The position numbers were made by a program, and so were the translations under genes. From an uncultured virus (IMG/VR IMGVR_UViG_3300021961_000027) (taxonomy: Duplodnaviria > Heunggongvirae > Uroviricota > Caudoviricetes): a stretch of DNA of 64,000 bases. The notes below the pieces were generated by a model. It was given only the letters and a program-made list of their open reading frames with translations. It ran no database searches and was not told the DNA's origin. Position 1 is the stretch's first letter. Every line of letters begins with the position of its first letter. This document shows, in pieces, positions 9,362 to 18,485 of the stretch. The stretch lies in IMG/VR virus record IMGVR_UViG_3300021961_000027; one strand, given 5' to 3'.

Positions 9362-9574
9362 TTAGTTACTCCTTATAAATGGTCGCAAACTTAAACTTGT
9401 TCTTTGAATCCACTTGCTGCTATCAAACTTGAATGTTCTAGAACTTTGACGCTCATACACATGACCATCTTCTCTTTCAAAGGTGAGGGATGATCGATTG
9501 AGTCTGTGATCAAAAGGTAACACCTCTTGAAAAAACTCGTAATATTGCGTCGGCCTTAAGAATTTCAAGTTCAT
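9362..9574 (-). CDS. small aromatic/Ser/Arg-rich hypothetical protein
   Basis: Likely start MNLKFLRP. Confidence 0.45.
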   Translation of the reverse strand: MNLKFLRPTQYYEFFQEVLPFDHRLNRSSLTFEREDGHVYERQSSRTFKFDSSKWIQRTSLSLRPFIRSN

Positions 9575-9609
9575 ACCCTGCCCCTCACTTGGGGGCATTA
9601 TAGCTTAGC

Positions 9610-10158
9610 CTACCTCTTAAACCTTCCTGATTTTATAATTTCCTCATTCAACCTACGAACCTCGGCAGCCTTCTCATCTAGAATACGCCTATGCTTCTTT
9701 CCAATTTCAATTACTTTTTTATCTTCATATTTCCACTTAGCGCTTCCTAGACCCGCACCATCCAAATCAATCTTCCAACATGAATACACCGTCACTTCGT
9801 ATACATCGCCTTCATATACTCTACCATCACTATGATCATTACACGCAATGTGCCTTGATTTTCTTATTTCTTTTCGTCCTCCCGGATGAATGTAGGATTC
9901 ACAGCATGGGGACGCATAGTGTACATACTCTGGAATCTTGTCCGGATCCAAAGGATGCAAAAATTGAGATTTAAATACTCGTTCTTCACTAACTCTATAA
10001 TGTGCTCGATTATCGGCTGTGCCAGTAGTGAATTCGTCACAACATGTACACCAGCCACTAATCTCGCTTGGCATCCTGAAGCTAACTACATGATTCTTGT
10101 AGTATTCATCTAGGTCTGATGCGCTAGCACGCTTGCACTCGTGTTTCTTAGTAGCCAT
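9610..10158 (-). CDS. hypothetical protein, possible Zn-binding
   Basis: Start MATKK; CTCC and SPCC motifs. Confidence 0.7.
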   Translation of the reverse strand: MATKKHECKRASASDLDEYYKNHVVSFRMPSEISGWCTCCDEFTTGTADNRAHYRVSEERVFKSQFLHPLDPDKIPEYVHYASPCCESYIHPGGRKEIRKSRHIACNDHSDGRVYEGDVYEVTVYSCWKIDLDGAGLGSAKWKYEDKKVIEIGKKHRRILDEKAAEVRRLNEEIIKSGRFKR

Positions 10159-10159
10159 T

Positions 10160-10324
10160 TCAATACCACCTATTAGTATTTCTATCACCTAAAAAAAGAC
10201 TACTGATATCAGTATTCCACACTCTGGCAAAGTAAAGGTTTAAGTCTCTAAAGAACACACAAGTCATTGGGTGTTTTTTGAAACCGTAACCTGAAGTGCT
10301 TGCTCTTACAAATCTCATTTTCAT
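10160..10324 (-). CDS. small 54-aa aromatic-rich protein (below the ORF-track cutoff)
   Basis: MKMRFVRASTSGYGFKKHPMTCVFFRDLNLYFARVWNTDISSLFLGDRNTNRWY; fills the gap between motif copy 5 and the next start. Confidence 0.5.
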   Translation of the reverse strand: MKMRFVRASTSGYGFKKHPMTCVFFRDLNLYFARVWNTDISSLFLGDRNTNRWY

Positions 10325-10357
10325 TTGGCTCACCTTGGCATTGCCTGCCGCCCTTAC

Positions 10358-10383
10358 TAACCAGCGCCGACTTGACTATCGCA
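10358..10383 (-). promoter_or_regulatory. 26-nt junction motif, copy 5
   Basis: TGCGATAGTCAAGTCGGCGCTGGTTA. Confidence 0.75.
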
Positions 10384-10389
10384 CAAACG

Positions 10390-10419
10390 AAAAAGGCTCG
10401 GATTTCTCCAAGCCTTTTT
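10390..10419 (-). terminator. intrinsic terminator
   Basis: GGCTTGGA-GAAA-TCCGAGCC-TTTTT on the - strand, just upstream of motif copy 5. Confidence 0.8.
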
Positions 10420-10442
10420 AAGATAAGTTATTTTTAAACTAA

Positions 10443-10673
10443 TTACTCAGAAGTCTGAGTCTTACCGCCCAAGCTTATGGTCAAAGTTTCTGGGATTTCC
10501 CAAACAATGGATGGCTTGCCTCGGCCTCCCACTGAGTACTTACGCCCAGCTTCTTTGATTATTCCACGCTTAGACAAAAAACTTATGAACCCATTTGTTA
10601 CGATGGGATCAATGCCTGTTATTTCCGCCAGCTCTTTGCTCGTGACCTGCATAGGCACCTCCTTTTTTGGCAC
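10443..10673 (-). CDS. small winged-helix DNA-binding protein
   Basis: TSKELAEITGI...LSKRGII...GGRGKP..W pattern. Confidence 0.65.
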   Translation of the reverse strand: MPKKEVPMQVTSKELAEITGIDPIVTNGFISFLSKRGIIKEAGRKYSVGGRGKPSIVWEIPETLTISLGGKTQTSE

Positions 10674-10782
10674 TCCATCCTACCACACTATTAATAATCA
10701 ATCTATTAAATGTTTGAAAACCTTGTAGAAGACCACCGGCCCTACAAAAATTATTAACATCAAAATTACAAATAATACTACT

Positions 10783-11010
10783 TCATCTGATCTTATTAAC
10801 ATACAAGAGCTTCTCCACTGGCACAAACTCCTGCCTAGGCCTATCCCAACATAACACTAAATCAAAATTCTTGGCTTTGCATGCCTCCCGGCGGTTCACC
10901 TCAACCAAATCAGTTCCATTCGAACATTCACACCGTCCAAACTTACCTCCGGGACCCATGCCCGCAACCATCGTTACATAATGCCCGCAACCCAAGCATT
11001 TAATCGTCAT
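10783..11010 (-). CDS. hypothetical protein, possible Zn-binding
   Basis: CLGC and CEC motifs. Confidence 0.5.
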   Translation of the reverse strand: MTIKCLGCGHYVTMVAGMGPGGKFGRCECSNGTDLVEVNRREACKAKNFDLVLCWDRPRQEFVPVEKLLYVNKIR

Positions 11011-11352
11011 AAAATTGCCGCCTATAGGTGATCAGCAGACTTTACACCAGAAAACTAGTCATTCAATAGGTGCTCACAACCCTGCCAACACCCATTCTGG
11101 ACCATTAATCAAAATTCCAAACCACAAATCCTCTAACCTATAGACATTTGTTATAAAATTAATAACAATGACCACACACCTATTGGTTTTGGACCAGTTT
11201 TTTCAGCCACACACCTATTACGCACGCCTTCTTAAGTTATGATCGCCCGGATCCCTCCCCTCTATAGGTGTCCAGTCATAATTAATGACAATTTTAAAGC
11301 TTTCTAAACACCTATAGCACACTCTAACGGCAGGTTTGCCCCGAGGTACACA

Positions 11353-11510
11353 CCTATTGGCACCTCCGAACGGCAACTTTTTCATGTACAGACCCAGAGC
11401 CATTCCGCTTATTCGCTCCTTGACCTGCGTCCGCACCTCTTGTACAACCCTATTGGCACCTCCGAACGGCGATTTTTCTGTGTACAGACCCAGAGCCATT
11501 CCGCTTATTC
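11353..11510 (+). repeat. 62-bp direct repeat, two copies (11353-11414, 11449-11510)
   Basis: CCTATTGGCACCTCCGAACGGC...TGTACAGACCCAGAGCCATTCCGCTTATTC, about 5 mismatches. Confidence 0.9.
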
Positions 11511-11741
11511 CCGGTCGCCCTAACTCAAGTAAATAGTGTACACCCCTACTAGCAACTCTGAACCGCAAACACCTCGTGTACTAACCTATTGACTCTCCCG
11601 ACAGTCCCTACCACTTCTATAGTCTCTATAGATTACCACGAACAAAATTAAGACTTAGTTCATATATTACTATAGATCAAATCATTTTGATTGATCTATA
11701 AGAACCAATTTCGGTCTTATAACCTATTGACGAGGTGATTT

Positions 11742-12185
11742 ATGAGTCTCATTCCTAGAGATGAATTCCTTTTTCCACTTGAGCAAACCTTTAACAAATT
11801 CTTCGATGACTTCTTTCATAATAAAAATACTTTGCTCAATGTAACTAAAGCTAACTCTGGATATCCCAAATTAAATTATTATGATGATGGCGAAGTTATT
11901 CGAATTGTGTTTAGTGTACCGGGAGTTCGTAAAGAAGACTTGGACATTGAATACAATGACGACAATACTTTGACACTTCATGGCAAAATGAGTGCGGAAT
12001 ACATCGCCAGCGATAAAGCTTATTACTATTGCCGTGAACTAAGACAAAGCGCCTTCTCCCGTACCGTGACTCTGCCAGAACATAGCAAACCACCAACGGC
12101 AAGTCTGAAAGATGGACTCCTCACTCTCACCTTTGAGACAGAGCCCATTAAAGAAAAACCCAAACTTAAAATAAAAATTGAATAA
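11742..12185 (+). CDS. hsp20: small heat-shock protein (Hsp20/alpha-crystallin)
   Basis: VPGVRKEDLDI, RELRQSAFSRTVTLP, ASLKDGLLTL, terminal IKI; GAGGTG SD. Confidence 0.93.
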   Translation: MSLIPRDEFLFPLEQTFNKFFDDFFHNKNTLLNVTKANSGYPKLNYYDDGEVIRIVFSVPGVRKEDLDIEYNDDNTLTLHGKMSAEYIASDKAYYYCRELRQSAFSRTVTLPEHSKPPTASLKDGLLTLTFETEPIKEKPKLKIKIE

Positions 12186-12195
12186 TAATAATGAC

Positions 12196-12224
12196 AAGGG
12201 TAGGGATTTAAAGTCCCTACCCTT
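12196..12224 (+). terminator. intrinsic terminator after hsp20
   Basis: AAGGGTAGGGATTT-A-AAGTCCCTACCCTTT hairpin. Confidence 0.7.
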
Positions 12225-12484
12225 TAAAATTGCGGGACGGGCGGAAGTTATTATTATTAATGTTAATAACAACGGGCCTGACCCCAACATACCTAAAAAA
12301 AGTACAAATAAAAAACATTACAAAGTTTATAATCTTTATTTCTCCCTATAAGACCTAATTCTAACTCCGACCCCGAATCTTTACCTTTTTGATGAACTTT
12401 AGGTTAATTGAATATCAAGTCCCGCATAATCCTAATATGCTTTCGCTCGTACATCACCCCCTAATAATAGGTATGGTAATGAAT

Positions 12485-12640
12485 GTTGATATGGTGTTGA
12501 TAGGTAAAGTTGATATGTAAGATTTGCAGATGTATAAAGTTGATATGTTAGGTGTTGATAAGTGGGTTATTGATATGAGGGGGGTGGTGATATGGGGGAT
12601 GTTGATAAGTGTGTCTTGTTGATAGGTAGGTGATGATAGG
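12485..12640 (+). repeat. cluster of GTTGATA heptamers in a G/T-rich noncoding tract
   Basis: Exact copies at 12485, 12496, 12509, 12539, 12554, 12601, 12618; near-copies at 12569, 12586, 12632. Confidence 0.8.
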
Positions 12641-12668
12641 CAAGTGTTGGATGTTGGTTATTGGTTTG

Positions 12669-12676
12669 TATAAATA
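12669..12676 (+). promoter_or_regulatory. T4-late-type promoter box TATAAATA
   Basis: Exact match upstream of 12747. Confidence 0.55.
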
Positions 12677-12746
12677 TTATTTTAGTGATTAAATATAAGT
12701 ATGAACAGTTTAGAGGTAATATCATGAAATTTATGGAGTATGTAAT

Positions 12747-13730
12747 ATGAATGGTTTTAAGCAATATATTGAAGGGTTGTCGAGTCATGGAGGGTTTCCA
12801 TTTGCATCGAGGACTGGAAGTATTGATTCTTGGAGTTACGGCAACAGTTTGTTGTATAGTGGAGAGAAAGAAAAGCAGCAAAAAGATCTAATTAATTTAT
12901 ATCGAAATTCCATAAAGAAGATGGAAGAGAAGCTTATAAAGTTTCCGAATCATAATTTTCACATATATTATGGTGCGCCTAATAATGAATTATTAAAAGG
13001 CATATCGCTCGGTGGTTTGTCTAGGGATTTAGATACTGAGCAACAGCAAAAGGATGCATTAAATAAGTTATTTTTTGTTGACATGGGTATTCCAAAGACT
13101 GACATAGTATTTTTGAAGGCGCTGCATACGGGTGATCCTTTAACGGCGTGGATGACATTTCACACACTTGCTCATGGATTGGTAAGTAATGCGAATACTC
13201 AGCAAGAAAGAATTTTTCTTAAAGAGTTAGGTATTTCGTTGTTGCGGGAATTGGTGAATAAATTATTTACGAATTGGAAAAGTGATGCTAAAAAGTATTT
13301 TGGTCAACATGGTAGGAATGTAGAAGATGCGTTTTTGCAAGGCACTGACAATTTGCATAGTGATTATGGTAAGTATGACAACGAGGAAGACAAAAATAGG
13401 ATTGCAAATATAATCAAGGATAGGGATAAAATTGATGAGGTTTTTGGTTGTATATATCCATTTAGGTCGGCAAGAGTAGCAAGAAATAATCAAGAGAAAT
13501 TTGCAAGGATTGATTCCAAAACTGAAATTGTTTATGAATTAATGGCATCTTATTTATGGTATGGAGGTAATATACCCAGACCAAAGGGAGATTGCTTGCA
13601 GAAAATTGCAGCATTTTTTGATTTAAGTGAAGAAGTCGCATTTAACATAATTGACAAAAAATTCCATGAAATAGAAAGTGCTATGGGTAAATTATTGAAT
13701 GATGCTGCTGGTAAGGTAATAGTGGATTAG
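12747..13730 (+). CDS. putative capsid-internal protein
   Basis: 327 aa; N-terminus MNGFKQYIE. Confidence 0.7.
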   Translation: MNGFKQYIEGLSSHGGFPFASRTGSIDSWSYGNSLLYSGEKEKQQKDLINLYRNSIKKMEEKLIKFPNHNFHIYYGAPNNELLKGISLGGLSRDLDTEQQQKDALNKLFFVDMGIPKTDIVFLKALHTGDPLTAWMTFHTLAHGLVSNANTQQERIFLKELGISLLRELVNKLFTNWKSDAKKYFGQHGRNVEDAFLQGTDNLHSDYGKYDNEEDKNRIANIIKDRDKIDEVFGCIYPFRSARVARNNQEKFARIDSKTEIVYELMASYLWYGGNIPRPKGDCLQKIAAFFDLSEEVAFNIIDKKFHEIESAMGKLLNDAAGKVIVD

Positions 13731-13754
13731 GCGCAGAAGATTAAATAAACAATA

Positions 13755-14603
13755 TTACAATTTTTTAATTTGTAGGGTTAATTTTTTTCTAGTGGCTGTT
13801 TGTGCTAGTGAGGCTAGTTCGTAGATGGATAATATGAGTGGGCTACCTGGTTGTATAGTTGATTTGATTTCCATGAGTTTATCGAATAGTTTTTGGGTAT
13901 CGAAGAATAGCCATTCATTTGGTTGCATGGGGTTGAATTGGTCGAGTATTTGGGAGAAGGTTTCTGGTAGGTTTAGGGTTTCTTTTGAGCTTGTATCGGT
14001 ATCGAGTAGTATGGCTTGTGCTCTTGAACCGTTTACATCTAGAGATGAGGTAAAGTATCTTGATTCCTCAGTATTTTTGAAGAATTCTCTTACATGAGTT
14101 ATTAGGGCGCAAAGTGATCCAACTGAAGCGTCCCATAGAATTTTTTCGATAATATTTTCTGGTAGTTCGGTTAGGCATATTTTTTTGATATATTGTAATA
14201 GTAGGGATTGTAATTTGGGGTAGTGGAATAGTATAGCATCTGAATTAGGGAATTCTTCTATTATTTTTTCGGTATGTGAAATGAATTCTACGGCTTCGAA
14301 GGACATAGTATTAACATCTTTAGATGATTGTATTTTGTCATCAAGTTTAATATTAACTAGGTAGCTTTTATCTAGTGAGGGTATTGATGTGCAGTTTTTT
14401 GGTGGTTTTTGGTAAAGTGGTGGTGATAATTTTTTACCTACATAGAGGTTTTTTGATTTGAGTAGGTGTGTGAGGAATCCTGCTACTGCTGGTTGTATAG
14501 TAGAGGTTACGAAGTCTTCGTCTAGTACATTTTCTTGTGAACCGACTAATTTAGCTATGAATCCTTGGTTTGTATTTTCGAGGAATTGGTAGAAGGTTTT
14601 CAT
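13755..14603 (-). CDS. putative capsid-internal protein
   Basis: Likely start MKTFYQFLE, 5 nt after TAAATA (14609-14614). Confidence 0.7.
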   Translation of the reverse strand: MKTFYQFLENTNQGFIAKLVGSQENVLDEDFVTSTIQPAVAGFLTHLLKSKNLYVGKKLSPPLYQKPPKNCTSIPSLDKSYLVNIKLDDKIQSSKDVNTMSFEAVEFISHTEKIIEEFPNSDAILFHYPKLQSLLLQYIKKICLTELPENIIEKILWDASVGSLCALITHVREFFKNTEESRYFTSSLDVNGSRAQAILLDTDTSSKETLNLPETFSQILDQFNPMQPNEWLFFDTQKLFDKLMEIKSTIQPGSPLILSIYELASLAQTATRKKLTLQIKKL

Positions 14604-14653
14604 GATATTATTTAGTGGATTATTTTGTTTTTTGAATGGTAATAGTATAAAAG

Positions 14654-14688
14654 AAAAAAGGGCAACTGAATGAATCAATTGCCCTTTT
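14654..14688 (-). terminator. intrinsic terminator
   Basis: GGGCAATTGA-TTCAT-TCAGTTGCCC-TTTTTT on the - strand. Confidence 0.75.
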
Positions 14689-14713
14689 GAGAGGTTAGTT
14701 TAGTATTAGTTTA

Positions 14714-15244
14714 TTAAGAGTATGCGCCAGTTAGTTTCTTCCAACTGAGTCCTCTTTCTTCAGCTTCTTCCCTTGGGGATCTTCCTCTTGGCTTATATGG
14801 TTTGCCAAAGTCTTGCCAATTTTTTGCTTGTTGCTCGATACTATCAATTTTGCCTTTGGTAATTTTTTTAGTATGGTCATTAATAAGTTTTTTGACTAGA
14901 TAAACGATTTTAGCTACTTTATCTGATACGGATCTGCTCATGGTCTTAGGGGATCCGGGTTGTCTTGGGGTTAGGTTATTGAAGTTTTGTTCTAGTTCAT
15001 TAGCCATTTTGCTGAGGAAGTATGGAGAGTGGTAATCTTGGTCACTTTCAGCATTTTCTATTTTATTGATTAAGTAATCTAAATCACCTTCATCGACTGT
15101 GTAGAGTTTATTAGTTTTATCGAGTATTTGATTTAGTTTATGTAGTCCGCCTTTTTCGAGAGCATTTTGCAGGAATTCTTTATCTGCAACAGCTTCGAAA
15201 AGGTTTTGGTCTCTATTTGCGAGCCAAGTTGAAAAGTTTGTCAT
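14714..15244 (-). CDS. putative capsid-internal protein
   Basis: N-terminus MTNFSTWLANRDQNLFE; TAAATA at 15274-15279. Confidence 0.7.
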   Translation of the reverse strand: MTNFSTWLANRDQNLFEAVADKEFLQNALEKGGLHKLNQILDKTNKLYTVDEGDLDYLINKIENAESDQDYHSPYFLSKMANELEQNFNNLTPRQPGSPKTMSRSVSDKVAKIVYLVKKLINDHTKKITKGKIDSIEQQAKNWQDFGKPYKPRGRSPREEAEERGLSWKKLTGAYS

Positions 15245-15299
15245 AATAGTACTCCTAGGTAATTAGGAGTATATATTTACAAATTAGACGAAATTTTAA

Positions 15300-15653
15300 T
15301 TAGAAATCCATAAATTGATCGAGGAAGTAGGTTCTTACCCATTCGTATTGTGGGAACATGAATTTGCAGTAGTGGTAGATTGATTCAAATCTTTCGTAGA
15401 ATTTATGTTCGTGGTAGATCCAAGAGTGTGGTAGGGAGTAGTAGTCTTCCATAAATTCGATATAATGATCTTCTAGTTCCATGATATCATTTTCTATATT
15501 GTTTATATTGATCCAATCTAGTAGATCTTTTTGGTTATTGGAGGTGTATTTGGGGGTTAGTTGATGGTTATGTATATTTCGGATCCAAGCTTTGTGAGCT
15601 TCTTGGATATTGATTTGTTTGAAGTATTCACGAATATCGGAGGTAATTTCCAT
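15300..15653 (-). CDS. hypothetical protein
   Basis: 117-aa ORF. Confidence 0.6.
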   Translation of the reverse strand: MEITSDIREYFKQINIQEAHKAWIRNIHNHQLTPKYTSNNQKDLLDWININNIENDIMELEDHYIEFMEDYYSLPHSWIYHEHKFYERFESIYHYCKFMFPQYEWVRTYFLDQFMDF

Positions 15654-15737
15654 GAGGGAATAGTATCATGGGTTGTTTAGGATTTCAAGTATTTGTTTGG
15701 TTTGGTAATAAATAAAAAAAAGGGGTTGGTGGGGTTT

Positions 15738-17054
15738 ATGCAATTTAAAGAGTGGTTACTTACTGAAGAAATCTGGCCGAATAATACTGCTACTGTTTAT
15801 CACAGAACACGACGAGAAAATATTAAAGGTATTCTTTCTGAACCTTTTAAAGGTTACGGAGATGGTGGTTTTTACTCAACTTTTGATATTGAAAGTCAAT
15901 TTAATAACGAATATATGCAAAGATATGGTGAAACACTTGTGAAATTAAAAGTAACAAATTTGGATGAATATATTATTACATACAAAAATGTTGCAATGAA
16001 TATATTGGGAGAAAAATATAAAATTAGTGATCAGATTAAAAGGCTAAACCTTACTGATCTTTATACAAAAGAACAAATTGAAAAATTTGATAAAGATTTT
16101 GATAAAAATAGAGAAGAGCACTGGGCGGTAGAACAAGATATGTTGATGGCAAATAAAAATCTAATGAAAAGAGTGAAGGGAATAATTAGTTGGCAGCCGG
16201 GACATGGTTATGTCTTATGGAAATTTCCACCAATCGAAGATGGCACAATTACTATCTTGGGTTATGCTTATGCAAGCGTTGGTGATTTCAAACTAATGAA
16301 AGAATTAATGTCTAATTGCAGAAAAAATTCAGAAGGAAAATGTGAAAATCCTTGGATTACTTCAACTGGCAAAGTTTCAATCAAAACACTTCATTCTTCA
16401 AAAAGAGATGACAAATCAAGTTACTTAGATAAACACATTTCGAATGTAGAAACATTAAAAAAGATAAATAAGCGTCCTTCGGACATAAAAAATTTAACTG
16501 ATAAAGAAGTCGATCAATTATTTATTAATTCAAAAGACAAAAATGCAATAGCGAAACTCATAATTCAATTCAAAGACAAACTAACCAATAAGAATATTAA
16601 TGATATAATGTTTTATACAAATAATATTCAAATAATAAGAATGTTAAATCAAGTGCTTGATTCATATGATTATATGGAAGTCATATATCACATTCTTAAA
16701 CTTAGCGGAGATTCACATAGAATTATTCGATATATAAGAGATTATTCAATTAAAATTGATGAAGATATGTTGTACGATTTAATTGTAAGAACAAAATATT
16801 ATTATGATGATCTTTATTATTTTTTGATTAAAAACTTTAATTTAGATGTTTACAAGATTATTAGTAAATTGAAAGCAAATAAAAAATATAATTACGATGA
16901 AATAATAGGTTCTCTTTTGAAAGATTATAAAAATATACATACGCAACTTGCGAAACAAGAAAATCCAAAAGCATTAAATCCCAGACAATCAGATATAGAT
17001 CCTGAAGATCATTTATACGGTATGCAAGACAAGTTATCAAAAATTAGTATCTAA
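15738..17054 (+). CDS. putative capsid-internal protein with ART-like N-terminal domain
   Basis: Start MQFKEWLLTEE; TVYHRT, GFYST and YG motifs; TAAATA at 15709-15714. Confidence 0.65.
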   Translation: MQFKEWLLTEEIWPNNTATVYHRTRRENIKGILSEPFKGYGDGGFYSTFDIESQFNNEYMQRYGETLVKLKVTNLDEYIITYKNVAMNILGEKYKISDQIKRLNLTDLYTKEQIEKFDKDFDKNREEHWAVEQDMLMANKNLMKRVKGIISWQPGHGYVLWKFPPIEDGTITILGYAYASVGDFKLMKELMSNCRKNSEGKCENPWITSTGKVSIKTLHSSKRDDKSSYLDKHISNVETLKKINKRPSDIKNLTDKEVDQLFINSKDKNAIAKLIIQFKDKLTNKNINDIMFYTNNIQIIRMLNQVLDSYDYMEVIYHILKLSGDSHRIIRYIRDYSIKIDEDMLYDLIVRTKYYYDDLYYFLIKNFNLDVYKIISKLKANKKYNYDEIIGSLLKDYKNIHTQLAKQENPKALNPRQSDIDPEDHLYGMQDKLSKISI

Positions 17055-18018
17055 GAGAGACATCTACTGTCCATTTGGGTACATTTGGGTAAAATATGAG
17101 TGTATAGGTATTATTATCAGTTTTATATTCAAGAAAGATAGTTTGTTTAGTTCTGGACAGGGATACTTTAGCTGGTGCTTTTGGGTAGATAATAGTATTA
17201 TTAATTTGGAAGTCTTTTTCGAATATTTGGTCGCTGAATATAGCTTCTGCGTTATCTTTGGTGAAAATAGCTAGGCTAGTGTATCCATAACCTGTTATGA
17301 GGTAATTAAGTAGATCGGTGAATTTTTCTGGTGTTTTGTAATTTTTGAACACATCATAAATCATTTTACTTATTTTTACTTTTGGCATTCTTGTTTGTAG
17401 TCTTTGGATTCTTAGTTCATCCCAAGTATCTTTATCTTGACCTAATATTTGCATGAGTGAAGAGACGCTGATATTGGATAGAAGTAGTTTAGAAGGTTGT
17501 TGTTTGTAGTATTTGATTGAGTATCCGAGAGTTTTTTTAGTTTCTGGGGCGCATAGTAGGATAATATCAGCGGCATCGGCTCTTGAGAATTGACCTGCTT
17601 TTGTAATAGTTCTTCCGCCTTTATATTGGACGGCGATAATTGGTGCTGGCAGAAGTTTTTGTGCGTTAGAGATCATTTGTTCTGCAAGTATATTTGCGTG
17701 TTCTTTGATTGTGTTATAGATGTCAGTAAGAGTTTCTTTTTGTTGGTTATAGAGAGTTTCGTTGAAGTTAATTGTTTTATCTTGTAATCCTTTGGCTTTT
17801 AAAGCTAGGTAGCATTCTGATTCGAAAAGGAATCCTGCTTCTGCTCTTAGGGAAGGTTGTAGTACATCTAATTTTTCTTCGATAATTTCTGGGAAGGTGA
17901 AAGTTGCTTGATTATTTTGTATAGAAATAGATTCGATAGTTCTGGATTTAATCCAGATAAGGAATGAAGATACTTTTGAGAAGGCGTTTTTTAGCCAGTT
18001 GGTGAAAGTAGATATCAA
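17044..18018 (-). CDS. putative capsid-internal protein, possible PD-(D/E)xK nuclease fold
   Basis: N-terminus MISTFTNWLK; GFLFE...ADIIL...GYSIK pattern. Confidence 0.5.
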   Translation of the reverse strand: MISTFTNWLKNAFSKVSSFLIWIKSRTIESISIQNNQATFTFPEIIEEKLDVLQPSLRAEAGFLFESECYLALKAKGLQDKTINFNETLYNQQKETLTDIYNTIKEHANILAEQMISNAQKLLPAPIIAVQYKGGRTITKAGQFSRADAADIILLCAPETKKTLGYSIKYYKQQPSKLLLSNISVSSLMQILGQDKDTWDELRIQRLQTRMPKVKISKMIYDVFKNYKTPEKFTDLLNYLITGYGYTSLAIFTKDNAEAIFSDQIFEKDFQINNTIIYPKAPAKVSLSRTKQTIFLEYKTDNNTYTLIFYPNVPKWTVDVSLRY

Positions 18019-18019
18019 T

Positions 18020-18433
18020 TTATCTTCCTAGAATGTTGCTTATATTGATTTTACTGCCTTCTGGTTGTGGTGCTTGTGGTCTTTGTGGAGCTTTTGGGGG
18101 AACTGGTTTGGCTTGTGGTTTTGCTGGTTGTTGGGTGTTTTGTTGGGGTTGTTGCTGCTGGGGTTGTTGTTGTTTCATTTTATATTTCATAACAGAAGCA
18201 TAATCTTTGGCGAAGGATTTTAATCTAAGTTCGATAAGTTCTTGGAGGTAAGGGTCTTTGAATGATTTAGTTGCATTTCTAATGGCATCTTCATATTGTT
18301 TAATTTTTTGTTCTACATTTTGGTTATTAGTGCCTGTTAGATATGAGCCAGCTTTTTGGAGAGCGTTGCCTAAGAATGTTCCTAGGCCTTCATTTGTCAT
18401 TTGTTCTTGTACGAATTCATTGAATGTTTTCAT
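18020..18433 (-). CDS. putative capsid-internal protein with Q/P-rich tail
   Basis: N-terminus MKTFNEFVQE; TAAATA at 18440-18445. Confidence 0.75.
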   Translation of the reverse strand: MKTFNEFVQEQMTNEGLGTFLGNALQKAGSYLTGTNNQNVEQKIKQYEDAIRNATKSFKDPYLQELIELRLKSFAKDYASVMKYKMKQQQPQQQQPQQNTQQPAKPQAKPVPPKAPQRPQAPQPEGSKINISNILGR

Positions 18434-18485
18434 AATGAGTATTTAGTGATGATAAAAAAAGATTTATATTATTAAATAAGATAAC

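Noticed and set aside
11353..11510. 62-bp direct repeats with a 34-nt gap as a mini-CRISPR
   Set aside because: Only two copies, longer than CRISPR repeats and with internal mismatches
11218..11568. 116-aa ORF with an internal repeat
   Set aside because: The repeat just reflects the 62-bp DNA duplication; TTG start without SD; more likely noncoding
12567..12881. 104-aa - strand ORF
   Set aside because: Product of the low-complexity G/T-rich tract and overlaps the start of 12747
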